Origin: Acidobacteriota bacterium
GTDB taxonomy: Bacteria > Acidobacteriota > UBA890 > WLXD01
Assembly (NCBI GenBank): GCA_965248695.1
Contig: CBDFKD010000002.1
Coordinates: 576,001-640,000 of the forward strand
DNA length: 64,000 nt
Direction: 5' to 3'
Positions 1-9,500 of this stretch are shown here, in pieces; positions within the stretch are counted from its first letter, which is position 1; every line of letters begins with the position of its first letter. The notes under the pieces are model-generated. The model saw only the letters and a program-made list of their open reading frames with translations. It had not been told where the DNA came from and ran no database searches. The translations under genes and the position numbers were made by a program.

Positions 1-1
1 A

Positions 2-484
2 CCAGAGCTCGCCGTTGGGATGCGGAAAGATCGCCCGAACGACGGCGCCGTCGAGTCCGTCACCGAGCAAAACACGTACGGTGCCGCCTTCGACGACCCC
101 GACCCCGCCTTCGCGGGCGGCGAAAACGATGCTACCGTCGGCCGCCTCCACCAGAGCGACAATCGTGCTACCGATCAGCCCTCCAGCGGCGCTGAATCGA
201 GTGAACTCCGAGCCGTCGTAGCGCGCCAGGCCGCCGCTCGTTCCGAACCAGAGGTACCCCTCGCGATCCTGCAGGATGCTGTGAACTCGGCTGGCTGGCA
301 GCCCGCTGGTAACCGTATAGCGCGTGAAGTTGAGCTGCTGCGCCGCCGCGGTGGCCGACCAGGCGCACGCCCACGCTATCAGCGCCAGCCGCACTGCTCC
401 GAACGCGCGCCCGGCGCGGGAGCAAGATCGAAGTCGCGGCAGACAAGGCACCGTCGTAGTCATCGGCTCAAGAGTGCCGTCCAT
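2..484 (-). CDS. Two-component-regulator propeller domain protein (probable sensor), N-terminal part; runs off left edge
   Basis: My translation of the minus strand gives a signal peptide (..LALIAWACAWSATAAA) then QQLNFTRYTVTSGLPASRVHSILQDREGYLWFGTSGGLARYDG, a typical Reg_prop repeat. Alternative in-frame ATG at 463. Not in the ORF track because there is no stop in the window. Confidence 0.8.
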   Translation of the reverse strand, partial: MDGTLEPMTTTVPCLPRLRSCSRAGRAFGAVRLALIAWACAWSATAAAQQLNFTRYTVTSGLPASRVHSILQDREGYLWFGTSGGLARYDGSEFTRFSAAGGLIGSTIVALVEAADGSIVFAAREGGVGVVEGGTVRVLLGDGLDGAVVRAIFPHPNGELW

Positions 485-489
485 GAGTT

Positions 490-595
490 GCCAATACTGA
501 CTAATAATAGTCAACTAAAAGCATAAATGATTCAAGACAATCATTAATATCTTTAAGTTTTCATATCAGATCATTAATAACTATAGATAGTTAGA
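490..595. promoter_or_regulatory. AT-rich intergenic island with several short inverted repeats (divergent promoter region)
   Basis: Sharp drop in GC. Inverted repeats: TGACTA-N4-TAGTCA (498-513), AATGATT-N6-AATCATT (526-545), TAACTAT-N2-ATAGTTA (578-593). Direct repeat ATCATTAATA at 540 and 570. Confidence 0.6.
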
Positions 596-718
596 GCCTT
601 CGAGTGCGCTGGCCAGATTGTGCAACCACTTGCCGCCCGCGCGCCTGCCGCCGCCGGCTTCGGTAGAATCGTTGCAGGCGGCTGACCCAGCCGCCCGAGA
701 ACCAGCCGGCGAGAACCC

Positions 719-961
719 ATGCAGAGTCCGCAGTTATTAGCTCCCGACGAGCTTCAGCGCATCATCGAAACCGCGCTTCCGAGCTCCACCGTGCAGGTCA
801 CCGACCTCACGGGCACGCGCGACCACTATCGAGTCGAGGTAGTGGCAGCACAATTCGAGGGCAAGACGCGCCTGCAACAACATCAGATGATCTACAAGGC
901 GGTAGGGGACCACATGACCCAGGCCGTCCATGCTCTACAGATCCGCACGAGAACTCCCTAG
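719..961 (+). CDS. bolA: BolA family protein
   Basis: 80 aa with DHYRVEVVAAQFEGKTRLQQHQMIY..VHALQIRT; adjacent to a monothiol glutaredoxin. Confidence 0.9.
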   Translation: MQSPQLLAPDELQRIIETALPSSTVQVTDLTGTRDHYRVEVVAAQFEGKTRLQQHQMIYKAVGDHMTQAVHALQIRTRTP

Positions 962-974
962 GAGCAGCATCTCA

Positions 975-1316
975 ATGAGCGAAGAACTCCGCGGTCAGAT
1001 CGATGCCGCAGTAAGCAGCAGCCCGGTTCATCTCTTCATGAAGGGCACGCCCGACTGGCCACAATGTGGCTTCTCCAAGGCGTCGTGCGATGTGTTCCGC
1101 GCCTTGGGCGTGGAGTTCACGGCGACCAACGTGCTCGATAACCTCGATGCGTATCGCTCGACCCTCGGAGAGATCACCCAGTGGCCGACGATTCCGCAGA
1201 TCTTCGTGAACGGCGAGTTCATCGGCGGCTGCGACATCCTGATCGAGATGTATAACCAGGGCGAGTTGCAGAAGCTCCTGGGCGCCGAGACCCCGGTAGC
1301 TCAGGAAGCCGAGTAA
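975..1316 (+). CDS. grxD: Monothiol glutaredoxin Grx4
   Basis: LFMKGTP..PQCGFS, WPTIPQIFVNGEFIGGCDI motifs; GGAG upstream of ATG 975. Confidence 0.93.
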   Translation: MSEELRGQIDAAVSSSPVHLFMKGTPDWPQCGFSKASCDVFRALGVEFTATNVLDNLDAYRSTLGEITQWPTIPQIFVNGEFIGGCDILIEMYNQGELQKLLGAETPVAQEAE

Positions 1317-1359
1317 CGCCTCCGACCAGAACGTCCGCCTCGGACCCATCGAGCCAGCC

Positions 1360-2211
1360 GTGAACTTGTTTCACCTACTGGCCGCTTTCGTGCGAGCCCT
1401 CGGCCGCGCGGCCAACAAGTTCTGGTTCAACAACGGGTTCAACGACTGCGCCGCGATCTCCTACTACGCGTTGTTGTCGATCGTTCCGCTGGTCGGTCTG
1501 GTCATCGGTGTGCTCAGCCTGTTCGTCGGGGTGACCTCGGAGGAGATCGAGCAGATCCTGCGTGACGGCGGCTGGATCGCCCCCGAGTTCGGTGCCGTGA
1601 TCAACGCGGCGGTGGCCGAGCTGCTACGCCACGGGACCAGCATCGGGCTGGTGTCCCTGATCACGACGGTATGGTTCGCCAGCCTGGTGTTCGGGTCCAT
1701 CCAGACCGCGTTCGACCGTATCTTCCAGACCTTTCATCCGCCGCTGTGGGGGCTGATGAAACCGCGCCTGGTTGCTCTTGCCGCCGCCGTCCTGCTGATG
1801 CTGAGCTTCGTGTTCAACATCCTGATGACGGTGGTGCGAAGCATCGAGGCACCGCTGGCCGCTCGGGCGATGGACTTCGTCGAGCGCTCCGCGTTCCTCA
1901 ACTTCGCGAGCTCCTTCGTACTCGACATACTGATCTTCATGCTCATCCTCTACACGCTGCCCCCGCGCCGGTTGCACGACTGGCGCATGGTCTTTCCGGC
2001 GGCTCTGGTCGGCGCGGTTGGTTGGCGTCTGGCACGCGCCGGGTTCGGTTTCTACCTGAGCTACGCCACCGCCAGCCTGACCTTCAGCGGCTCGGCCGGG
2101 GCTGCGGTCATCTTCATGCTCTGGATCTACTACGCCGCCCTCGTGTTGCTATACAGCGCCGAGCTGCTGGTAGCGCTCGATCACGCCCGACGCGACAGCC
2201 AGCCCGGTTAG
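1360..2211 (+). CDS. YihY/virulence factor BrkB family membrane protein
   Basis: AAISYYALLSIVP and GSAGAAVIFMLWIYYAALVLLYSAE motifs; about 6 hydrophobic segments. Confidence 0.85.
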   Translation: MNLFHLLAAFVRALGRAANKFWFNNGFNDCAAISYYALLSIVPLVGLVIGVLSLFVGVTSEEIEQILRDGGWIAPEFGAVINAAVAELLRHGTSIGLVSLITTVWFASLVFGSIQTAFDRIFQTFHPPLWGLMKPRLVALAAAVLLMLSFVFNILMTVVRSIEAPLAARAMDFVERSAFLNFASSFVLDILIFMLILYTLPPRRLHDWRMVFPAALVGAVGWRLARAGFGFYLSYATASLTFSGSAGAAVIFMLWIYYAALVLLYSAELLVALDHARRDSQPG

Positions 2212-2237
2212 TCCGGTTCAGCCCAGGTTGGTTGGGC

Positions 2238-2825
2238 TTAGCGTTCGAGCTCGAGAACAGCTGGCTTCCAGGCCATCGGGTCCGATGCCACCCGGTGTGC
2301 CGGGCTCACGACCTCGAGCCGGAGCGGCACAAACCGCACTAGCACGTAGTCGTCACCGCGGCTGCCGTCGACGTAGAAGTCGTCCCATTCCGGCTTCCAT
2401 CGTCGAGCTTTCTCGTCAGCATCGACAATTACACGTGCTTGCCCGACCAGCGTGACATAGGCGCCGCCCTGCACGTCGATGTAGTAGAGCGTCGCACGGG
2501 AGTCGTTCGCCAGTTCCTCTACCTTGCGGGTCGACGCGTTGGTGGCCATCCACACGGTGAAGTCATCATCGGACGGAAAGGGATCCATCGTTCGCGCTTG
2601 CGGTGCGCCATCAGCGTCGAGGGTGATCAGGGCGCAGTACCGGGCGGCTGCCATCACATCGCGGGCGGCCTCGACAATGCGGCGGCGCTCTGACTCGGGT
2701 TGCTGCATGCCGCTCCCTGATGTTCTGCTCGACCCGGGGTCTCGAAAGGCCACAGGATCCGCCGACACCGACGTCGACCCTACCAGGACCAACAACACCA
2801 CCACCGCCGGGAGCGTTCGGGTCAC
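2238..2825 (-). CDS. Pyridoxamine 5'-phosphate oxidase-like FMN-binding (general stress) protein with signal peptide
   Basis: CALITLDADGAPQARTM..WMATNASTRKVEEL..ATLYY; GTG start overlaps the upstream stop codon. Confidence 0.8.
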   Translation of the reverse strand: MTRTLPAVVVLLVLVGSTSVSADPVAFRDPGSSRTSGSGMQQPESERRRIVEAARDVMAAARYCALITLDADGAPQARTMDPFPSDDDFTVWMATNASTRKVEELANDSRATLYYIDVQGGAYVTLVGQARVIVDADEKARRWKPEWDDFYVDGSRGDDYVLVRFVPLRLEVVSPAHRVASDPMAWKPAVLELER

Positions 2826-4312
2826 TCCGCTCCGCCCGTCGACGCTCGCACCTCGTCTATCGCGGTAAGAATGTCCTCGAGCGCCATACGCATGCGGTCG
2901 GCGTGCGCTCTCAGCGGCAGCACGCAGATGCGTATCACGAATCGGCCGTCGAGCCGGGTGTCGGTGAGGAACACACGGCGGCGGGCATTGATCCGCCCGA
3001 TCAGACGCTGGTTCAGGTTGTCCAGCTCCTCCCCGGACAGCCCCGGCGGCTTCAGACGCCAAGCGAGTATGGTCAGTTGCGGCTCGGCGACGATCTCAAC
3101 GTCGTCGATCTCTCGCAGCCGCGCCGTTATCCAGTCCGTGAGCTCGAACTTCTCCTGCAGCGCGTCACGGTACGGCCCGATACCGTGACGCTTCAACGGC
3201 AACCACACCTTGAGGCCACGGAACTCGCGCGAGAGCTCCGGCGATATCTCGCAGAAATCGACCAGGTCAGGTTCGTCCTGGAGCGGCGGCAAGTAGTCGG
3301 CATTGGCCGAATGCGCCCGCCGTAGCGCCTCGCCGTCGCGCACCAGCAAGCTGCCGACGCCGTACGGCACGAACAGGCTCTTGTGCGGGTCCAGCACGAC
3401 CGAATCAGCGCGATCGAGACCACGCATCACGCGACACCCGCGATCGGTAAGCGCGAAGAATCCTCCGTAGGACGCATCGACGTGTAGCCAAAGTCGCTCC
3501 ACCTCGCATAGATCGGCGAGCTCATCGAGCGGATCCACCGCACCCGAGTTCGTTGTTCCGGCGCTGGCCACCACCAGGAAAGGTATGCGGCCCGCGTCTC
3601 GGTCTGCCTGAACCGCGGCCAATACCGTGTCGGCCCTCAATCGGTACAGCTCGTCCGACGGTAGCGAACGGACCGACTCGACCGGAAAGCCAGCCATCAA
3701 CGCCGCCTTGACCACCGAATGGTGCACCTGATCCGAGGCGTAGATCGTGCCGCTCAGGAAGTTCTGTGGAAGGCGCTCGCGGCGCGCCGTGACTACACCC
3801 GTGAGGTTGGCCAACGAGCCACCGCTGGTAAGGAAGCCGCTCGCCTCCGGCGGGTAGCCGATGATCTCGGCGAACCACGCGACCACATTCGCCTCCAACT
3901 TTGCCATCACGGGTCCGGCCGCGAAGACACCCATGTAGCGGTTGACCGAATCGTTGATGAACGAGGCGAGCGCCGACTCGAAGACCGCGTTGCCGTTGAC
4001 GTACGCGAAGTAGCCCGGCGACGCGGTGTTCAACGAGCGCGGAATCACATCGTCGAACAACAGGTCGAGCAGCTCGTCGAACGGCGCCCCCTGTTGTGGC
4101 AGCGGCTCGCCGAGCGTACGGGCGAACTCAGTGGCGCCATCCGTATTCGATGCCGGCTGCTCCCCGAACGACAGGACGTGCGGCAGCACACGCGCCACCG
4201 TGGCGTCGATGAGGGCGCGCATCTCCGCTTCGTCGGGCTCCAGCGGCCAGGAGGCCCCCTGCGCCGTCGCCTCCAACGCCGCACCCCGAGTGTCGTCGTG
4301 TGCTTCGGACAC
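2822..4312 (-). CDS. Group II PLP-dependent decarboxylase (aromatic-L-amino-acid decarboxylase-like)
   Basis: TSGGSLANL, HHSVVKAA, AGTTNSGAVD, WLHVDASYGG, DPHK (PLP lysine). Confidence 0.88.
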   Translation of the reverse strand: MSEAHDDTRGAALEATAQGASWPLEPDEAEMRALIDATVARVLPHVLSFGEQPASNTDGATEFARTLGEPLPQQGAPFDELLDLLFDDVIPRSLNTASPGYFAYVNGNAVFESALASFINDSVNRYMGVFAAGPVMAKLEANVVAWFAEIIGYPPEASGFLTSGGSLANLTGVVTARRERLPQNFLSGTIYASDQVHHSVVKAALMAGFPVESVRSLPSDELYRLRADTVLAAVQADRDAGRIPFLVVASAGTTNSGAVDPLDELADLCEVERLWLHVDASYGGFFALTDRGCRVMRGLDRADSVVLDPHKSLFVPYGVGSLLVRDGEALRRAHSANADYLPPLQDEPDLVDFCEISPELSREFRGLKVWLPLKRHGIGPYRDALQEKFELTDWITARLREIDDVEIVAEPQLTILAWRLKPPGLSGEELDNLNQRLIGRINARRRVFLTDTRLDGRFVIRICVLPLRAHADRMRMALEDILTAIDEVRASTGGAE

Positions 4313-4397
4313 CGTCGTCCCGTCCTACAAAAACGGCCGCCGAACTGCCGGCGGCCTCACCAAGAATCCGTGAGAATCGGATGCTACCATGGCGTCC

Positions 4398-5096
4398 GTG
4401 TGCGGACGTTTCACGCTTCGGACCCCGGCGGATATCGTCAAGGACGTGTTCGGCTTGCGGCCTCTGCCCGGGCTGCGACCGCGCTACAACATCGCGCCGT
4501 CACAACCGGTTGCCGTAGTGCGGGACGATGCCGGGCAGCGGCGGTTGGAGATGGTCCGCTGGGGACTCGTTCCGTGGTGGGCCAAGGACGCCTCGATCGG
4601 CAACCGCATGATCAACGCGCGGGCCGAGACCGTGGCCACCAAGCCCGCCTTCCGCGAGCCGTTCGAGCAGCGGCGCTGCTTGATTCCCGCTGACGGCTTC
4701 TACGAGTGGCAGCGTCTCGGTAACGGACCCAAGCAACCGTTCCACCTCGAGCTCATCGGCGGTGATCCGTTCGCGTTCGCGGGCGTTTGGGATCGCTGGC
4801 GTGACCGCTCCAGCGGCGACGTGACGGAGTCGTGCGCGCTCATCACCACCGAGGCGAACTCGACGGTGGCACCGATCCACGACCGGATGCCGGTGATCCT
4901 CGGGCCGCAGGCGTTCGCGACGTGGCTCGATCCGACGGCTGCCCCGGAGCCGTTGCACGAGCTACTGCGGCCGATAGCCGCCGAGCAACTCCGCGCCACC
5001 GCCGTCAACACGCTCGTCAACCGTCCCGAAAACGACGACCCGCTCTGCCTGGATCCTGTCGTAGCACCGCGGCGACAGCCCACTCTGTTCGACTGA
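4398..5096 (+). CDS. SOS response-associated peptidase (SRAP/YedK/HMCES family)
   Basis: GTG start gives MCGRF (catalytic Cys2); YNIAPSQ, INARAET, RCLIPADGFYEW, IHDRMP. Confidence 0.93.
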   Translation: MCGRFTLRTPADIVKDVFGLRPLPGLRPRYNIAPSQPVAVVRDDAGQRRLEMVRWGLVPWWAKDASIGNRMINARAETVATKPAFREPFEQRRCLIPADGFYEWQRLGNGPKQPFHLELIGGDPFAFAGVWDRWRDRSSGDVTESCALITTEANSTVAPIHDRMPVILGPQAFATWLDPTAAPEPLHELLRPIAAEQLRATAVNTLVNRPENDDPLCLDPVVAPRRQPTLFD

Positions 5097-5235
5097 ACGG
5101 ACGCTGACGGCGCCACCGAGAACGCCGCTGGCCGCACCCGGCCACCGTACTCGGCGCACCCGAAATTCGGGATTGTCCCGCGGACCCGCCGTTGCCTATT
5201 GTGCGGGCTGTCGCCGCCCGATCCCGGAGCCGTTC

Positions 5236-6231
5236 ATGACCGCAGCGCGTCCGACCATCTACACCACCTGTCCCGAGCTCGAAGGCGACCAGCCAGGCTC
5301 GATCGCCAAACGCGTGATCGAGATCGCTCGCTGGTGTGAGTCTCGCGGGCACACCGGCATGCTGATCCGATCGAGCAATCGGCTCGCCGACCCCTGGGCG
5401 ATCGCCCAACTCCTTCTGCACGAGACCGAGTCACTGCGTCCCGTGGTCACAGTGCAGCCGCTCTACATGCACCCGTACACGGTAGCCAAGAAAGTCGCGA
5501 CGCTGGCCAACGTCTATGGGCGCGTCCCGGATCTGTACTTCGTGGCCGGCGGCTCCAACACCGATCTTCTGTCGCTCGATGACCGGGCGGGACACGACGG
5601 TCGCTATCGTCGCGTGACGGAATACGCCGAGATGATCAACGCGCTGTTGACGTCGACTCGTCCGATTACCCACGTTGGCGAGTCCTACCGCGTGTACAAG
5701 CCCGCTACGCTGGCACCACTTGCCGAGGACCAAAGGCCGCAGTTCTTCATCGCCGCGAGCAGTAGCGCGGGACGGCAGGCGGCCGAAGAGCTCGGAGCGC
5801 GGTCGGTATCGTCGCTCGGCTTCGGCGACGGTGCCGAGTGTCTGTTCCTGGGCCTGGTTGTGAGAGCCACCGAGGACGAGGCGTGGGACGTGGCGCGGGC
5901 GCGCTTCAAGGCCGACGCTGCCGGACGGCTGGCACATCGTCTCGATATGGCCTGGAACGACTCACGTTGGAACGATCGACTGAGTCGCCTCGCCGACTCG
6001 GACGACCGGGAGAACCTGTGGCTCGAGCCATTCGAGAACCGGCAATCGCGCAGCGCGTATCTCGTCGGCGATGCGCGTCAGACGGCACGTCACCTGCAGC
6101 AGGCCCTCGGGTCCGGGGCGCGGAGCTTTTTTCTCGAGCCACCCGACTGTCGCGCTGACATCGAACAGGCCAGCGACGCGCTCGAGCGCGCCTGGACACG
6201 CTTTCAATCGCCGCTCACCCTGAGCGCCTAG
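5236..6231 (+). CDS. LLM-class flavin-dependent oxidoreductase (SsuD-like)
   Basis: DPWAIAQ..LRPVVTVQPLYMHPYTVAKKVATL, FVAGG, YLVG motifs; divergent. Confidence 0.75.
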   Translation: MTAARPTIYTTCPELEGDQPGSIAKRVIEIARWCESRGHTGMLIRSSNRLADPWAIAQLLLHETESLRPVVTVQPLYMHPYTVAKKVATLANVYGRVPDLYFVAGGSNTDLLSLDDRAGHDGRYRRVTEYAEMINALLTSTRPITHVGESYRVYKPATLAPLAEDQRPQFFIAASSSAGRQAAEELGARSVSSLGFGDGAECLFLGLVVRATEDEAWDVARARFKADAAGRLAHRLDMAWNDSRWNDRLSRLADSDDRENLWLEPFENRQSRSAYLVGDARQTARHLQQALGSGARSFFLEPPDCRADIEQASDALERAWTRFQSPLTLSA

Positions 6232-6400
6232 GCGCGGACGGCGGCGCGATTAGCAGGTCACGGGTTCACGAGGCGACGCGCGCCCAGGCTCGGCAGCGCT
6301 GCGGGCAATTGTCCCTGGTTACCCCGTCGAGAGGACCCGAGCCGCAGTTGCTTGACAACCCTCGACGCGGGCCCTTACGTTGCTTCGCGACTCGAGGGGG

Positions 6401-7852
6401 ATGCCACGAATGAGCTGTCGCAACTCGGCCGGCGGCGCCACACCTCCGGCGCACCGATGGGCTGGCGGGCGAGCCCGACTCGCCTGCCTGTTGATCGGCA
6501 CGGTGCTGGGCGCAGCGACCGCCTCCGCCCAGCAGTCGCAGTTGGGGGCACAGGCGCCGGGCACGCCGCACGCCATGCTCGAGGGCGCATGGTCTGCCAA
6601 CGCCGCCGGTAATCACGCCGAGGTGATCGACAGCGTCTCCCGGCTGCTGCAATCCGAGGAGCCGACGCCAGTGCGAGCCGAGGCCCTGCTGCTGCGTGCC
6701 CTCGCCCGCTATCGCCGCGACGAGCTCGGGGAAGCCGCAGACGACCTGCGGTCGGCGCTGCTGGCGTCGCCGACCTTGCAGACGGCCCTCGAGCTCGACT
6801 ACCGGTCCGGCACCGGGCTGGCGACCACGTCGGCAGCAGCCAACTGGCCTGGCGACTTCGCCGCCTGGTGCCGCGTGACGATCGCCGAAGCCGCCGCAGC
6901 GGTGAGCATCGACCTACCCGACGTCTCGCTCGAAGATCTCGATCTGGGAAGCGAAGTGCTCGAAGTGGCGGCACACTTCGTAGTCGATATCGAGATCGTG
7001 CGCATCCCGGTCATCGTGCTCGACTTCGACGGCTCCTTCATGTCTGGCCTCGAGGCCGACAGCTTTCGGGTGCGCGAGGGAACGGCGCTGCCGCAAGCGG
7101 TGACCTACATGATCTCGGAGCGCGACGCTACGAGTGTTGGAATCCTGGTGGACTCTAGCAGCGGCATGGCGGAATACGAGGTGGAGGCGCGCTTCGCCGT
7201 TTCCCGTCTCATCGAGACGCTGGCGGCCGAGGACGAGATCTTCCTCATCCAGTTCGCCGACGAAGCAAAATTCCTCAGCCCATCATCGCTCGATCGCGGG
7301 CTTCTGGCGGCGGCAATGCAAAACTACACGGTCGGCGGCGGTCGAGCCCTGTACGACGCCATCGCCCTGGGTCTGATCCAGATGCGGGACGCGACCTTCG
7401 ACAAGAAGGCGCTGATCGTGCTGTCGCTGGGCGATGACGCCGGCAGCGATACCGCCGAGGCCGACGTACGACTGGCGGCCCAGCGAGAGGGTGTCTCGAT
7501 CCACGGCATCGTGCTTCGCAACGGAGCGCCCCGCTGGCGTCCCGGCGCGGCAGAGGAGGCCGCCGCGGCCGACGGAGACGCTGCCGCTCGGGCTCCGACG
7601 ACGTTCCTGCAACAGCTGGTTCACCACACCGGTGGTTTGGTGGCGCTGCGGCCGCAGGTCGAGGATCGTTTCGGCGGGCTGGGCGGATGGCTGCGTGGTG
7701 CGAGCACCGACATCACCGACTACGTGAACAATCAGTACCTCATCCTGCACGAGTCGCCTGACCCGCCGCAGCGCGGACAGTGGAAACAGCTCGCCGTTGA
7801 AGTAGGCCCCTTACACGAGCGCGTGCGCTCGCGCAGCGGGTACGTGCGATAA
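6401..7852 (+). CDS. Secreted TPR + VWA domain protein (Acidobacterial VWFA-related type)
   Basis: Signal peptide; helical TPR-like N-terminus; SVGILVDSSSGM, ALYDAIALG, KKALIVLSLGDD, QYLI..RSRSGY end. Start codon uncertain. Confidence 0.75.
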   Translation: MPRMSCRNSAGGATPPAHRWAGGRARLACLLIGTVLGAATASAQQSQLGAQAPGTPHAMLEGAWSANAAGNHAEVIDSVSRLLQSEEPTPVRAEALLLRALARYRRDELGEAADDLRSALLASPTLQTALELDYRSGTGLATTSAAANWPGDFAAWCRVTIAEAAAAVSIDLPDVSLEDLDLGSEVLEVAAHFVVDIEIVRIPVIVLDFDGSFMSGLEADSFRVREGTALPQAVTYMISERDATSVGILVDSSSGMAEYEVEARFAVSRLIETLAAEDEIFLIQFADEAKFLSPSSLDRGLLAAAMQNYTVGGGRALYDAIALGLIQMRDATFDKKALIVLSLGDDAGSDTAEADVRLAAQREGVSIHGIVLRNGAPRWRPGAAEEAAAADGDAAARAPTTFLQQLVHHTGGLVALRPQVEDRFGGLGGWLRGASTDITDYVNNQYLILHESPDPPQRGQWKQLAVEVGPLHERVRSRSGYVR

Positions 7853-7863
7853 GTTCTCGTCCC

Positions 7864-8937
7864 ATGGCTTCATCCCCTAGAAGCACATGGGAGATCACCG
7901 TCGCGACGTCGGACTCTCGCGGGGCCTCGCGACCCGTGCCGCCGCCGTTGGTAATGGGGCACGGCAACGCCTGCGTGGTGATCCTGTCCCACCCGACGGT
8001 AGCCGCCGAGCACGCGCAAATCGTCCCTAGGGACGGGACTTTCTGGCTCGAGGATCTGGGCACCGCTCACGGCTCGTTCGTCAACGAGCTCCGCATCAGC
8101 AAGCACGCTCTCAAGCGGGGCGACTGGATTCACCTCGGCGAGTGTTCCACCCAGATCGAGGTCGTCGAATGCGATGACTGGATCCGTCTGGCGCTCGACG
8201 AGGCAGACGTCGTGATGGTACGCACGGCCCGGGCGGTGGTCCGGGCCGACGTTGGCACCGAGACCGATGCCGGCGCCATCATCGCCGGTATTGCATTCGG
8301 CGATCGCGGCGAGGCGCGGCAGCTCAAATGGGCTGGCATCGCCGCGCTGCTGGCGCACTTCGCCATGTTCGCGGCCCTGCTACCGGTTTCGGCCGGCCCC
8401 GACCTGTTCGAGCTCGAGGACAACGCGGTGGTCATCCGGCGCTACCAGCCTCCGGAGCCTCCGAAGCCCCAACGGGTAGTGCGCCGGCGAACAGTGCAGC
8501 GAATCCCGATCCCCGACCCCACCCCCGACGCGCCCGAGGTGATCATGGACCTGGAGCCTCCGGAGCTCGGCGATCTGGAGGAGGTCGACACCGACTTCAC
8601 CGACTTGCCGCTGGCCGGTTTCGGCCCGCCGCCGGGGCCGGCGGCGGTCGAGATGACCGCGGAGGGGCTGGTCCCACCCGGATTGCTGGAGCGCGTGGAT
8701 CCGGAGTATGACCGCACTAGAGCCCGGCGGGGCATTCAGGGAAGGGCCGATATCGAGATCATCATCGACGAGGCGGGGGCAGTGATCTTCTCCCGCCTGA
8801 TCAACAGCACCACCGATGAGGAGCTCGACAGCGCCGCGCTGGAGGCGATTCGCCAGTGGCGCTTCAGCGCCGCGACGCTCGACGGTGAGGAGGTTCGCGT
8901 CCGCGCCGTCGTGACGATCAACTTCCGGATCTACTAG
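7864..8937 (+). CDS. FHA-like domain + TM + Pro-rich linker + TonB C-terminal domain protein
   Basis: N-terminal HAQI..WLEDLGTAHGSFVN; TM AALLAHFAMFAALL; C-terminal PEY..ARRGIQG..LDSAALEAIRQWRFSAA..VTINFRI. Confidence 0.75.
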   Translation: MASSPRSTWEITVATSDSRGASRPVPPPLVMGHGNACVVILSHPTVAAEHAQIVPRDGTFWLEDLGTAHGSFVNELRISKHALKRGDWIHLGECSTQIEVVECDDWIRLALDEADVVMVRTARAVVRADVGTETDAGAIIAGIAFGDRGEARQLKWAGIAALLAHFAMFAALLPVSAGPDLFELEDNAVVIRRYQPPEPPKPQRVVRRRTVQRIPIPDPTPDAPEVIMDLEPPELGDLEEVDTDFTDLPLAGFGPPPGPAAVEMTAEGLVPPGLLERVDPEYDRTRARRGIQGRADIEIIIDEAGAVIFSRLINSTTDEELDSAALEAIRQWRFSAATLDGEEVRVRAVVTINFRIY

Positions 8938-8997
8938 CCATCACTGGCGCAAGACGGTCTGCAGCGACGGCAAGGCGACGATGACGGCGATGACCAG

Positions 8998-9441
8998 CTA
9001 GACCCGCGCCTCGATGGCGTCGGTGAGTCGGCTGAGCCCCTGCTTGGTGAGCATGCGCGCTGTCATGTCGAGCAGGCGCTGGCCGAGTCCGGCGAGCTTG
9101 CCGCCGACCTGCACATCGAGGTCGTACTCGAGCACCGTGCCCTCGCCGTCGTCGTGCAGCCGGATACCCCCGCTGCCCTCGACGAATCCGGGACCACCGC
9201 GCCCCTCCATGCGCATCGAATACGAATCCGGCGGGCACAGATCGTCGAGCTTGACTCGACCTTCGAAGTTGCCCTGAACCGGCCCCACTCCGAGCGCCAG
9301 CGCACCGGCGAACTCGTTGTCCCCTACCCGCTCCAGACGACGAAAGCCCGGCAGCGTGCCGGCAAGAACCTCCGGATCCAGCAGTGATTCCCAGACGATC
9401 TGGCGGGGGGCGTCGATTTTCTGTCGGCCAGCCACTTTCAT
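8998..9441 (-). CDS. coxG: CoxG-like SRPBCC protein
   Basis: VWESLLDPEVLAGTLPG..VGPVQG..VGGKLAGLGQRL; near the coxSLM-like genes. Confidence 0.8.
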   Translation of the reverse strand: MKVAGRQKIDAPRQIVWESLLDPEVLAGTLPGFRRLERVGDNEFAGALALGVGPVQGNFEGRVKLDDLCPPDSYSMRMEGRGGPGFVEGSGGIRLHDDGEGTVLEYDLDVQVGGKLAGLGQRLLDMTARMLTKQGLSRLTDAIEARV

Positions 9442-9500
9442 GAGGCGCCATTCTACGTCCTCCCGGTTCCAGTAGACTGCGCCCCGCGAGGGAGGCTGGC

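Noticed and set aside
20-526. 168-aa plus-strand ORF
   Set aside because: Antisense shadow of the minus-strand propeller-domain gene.
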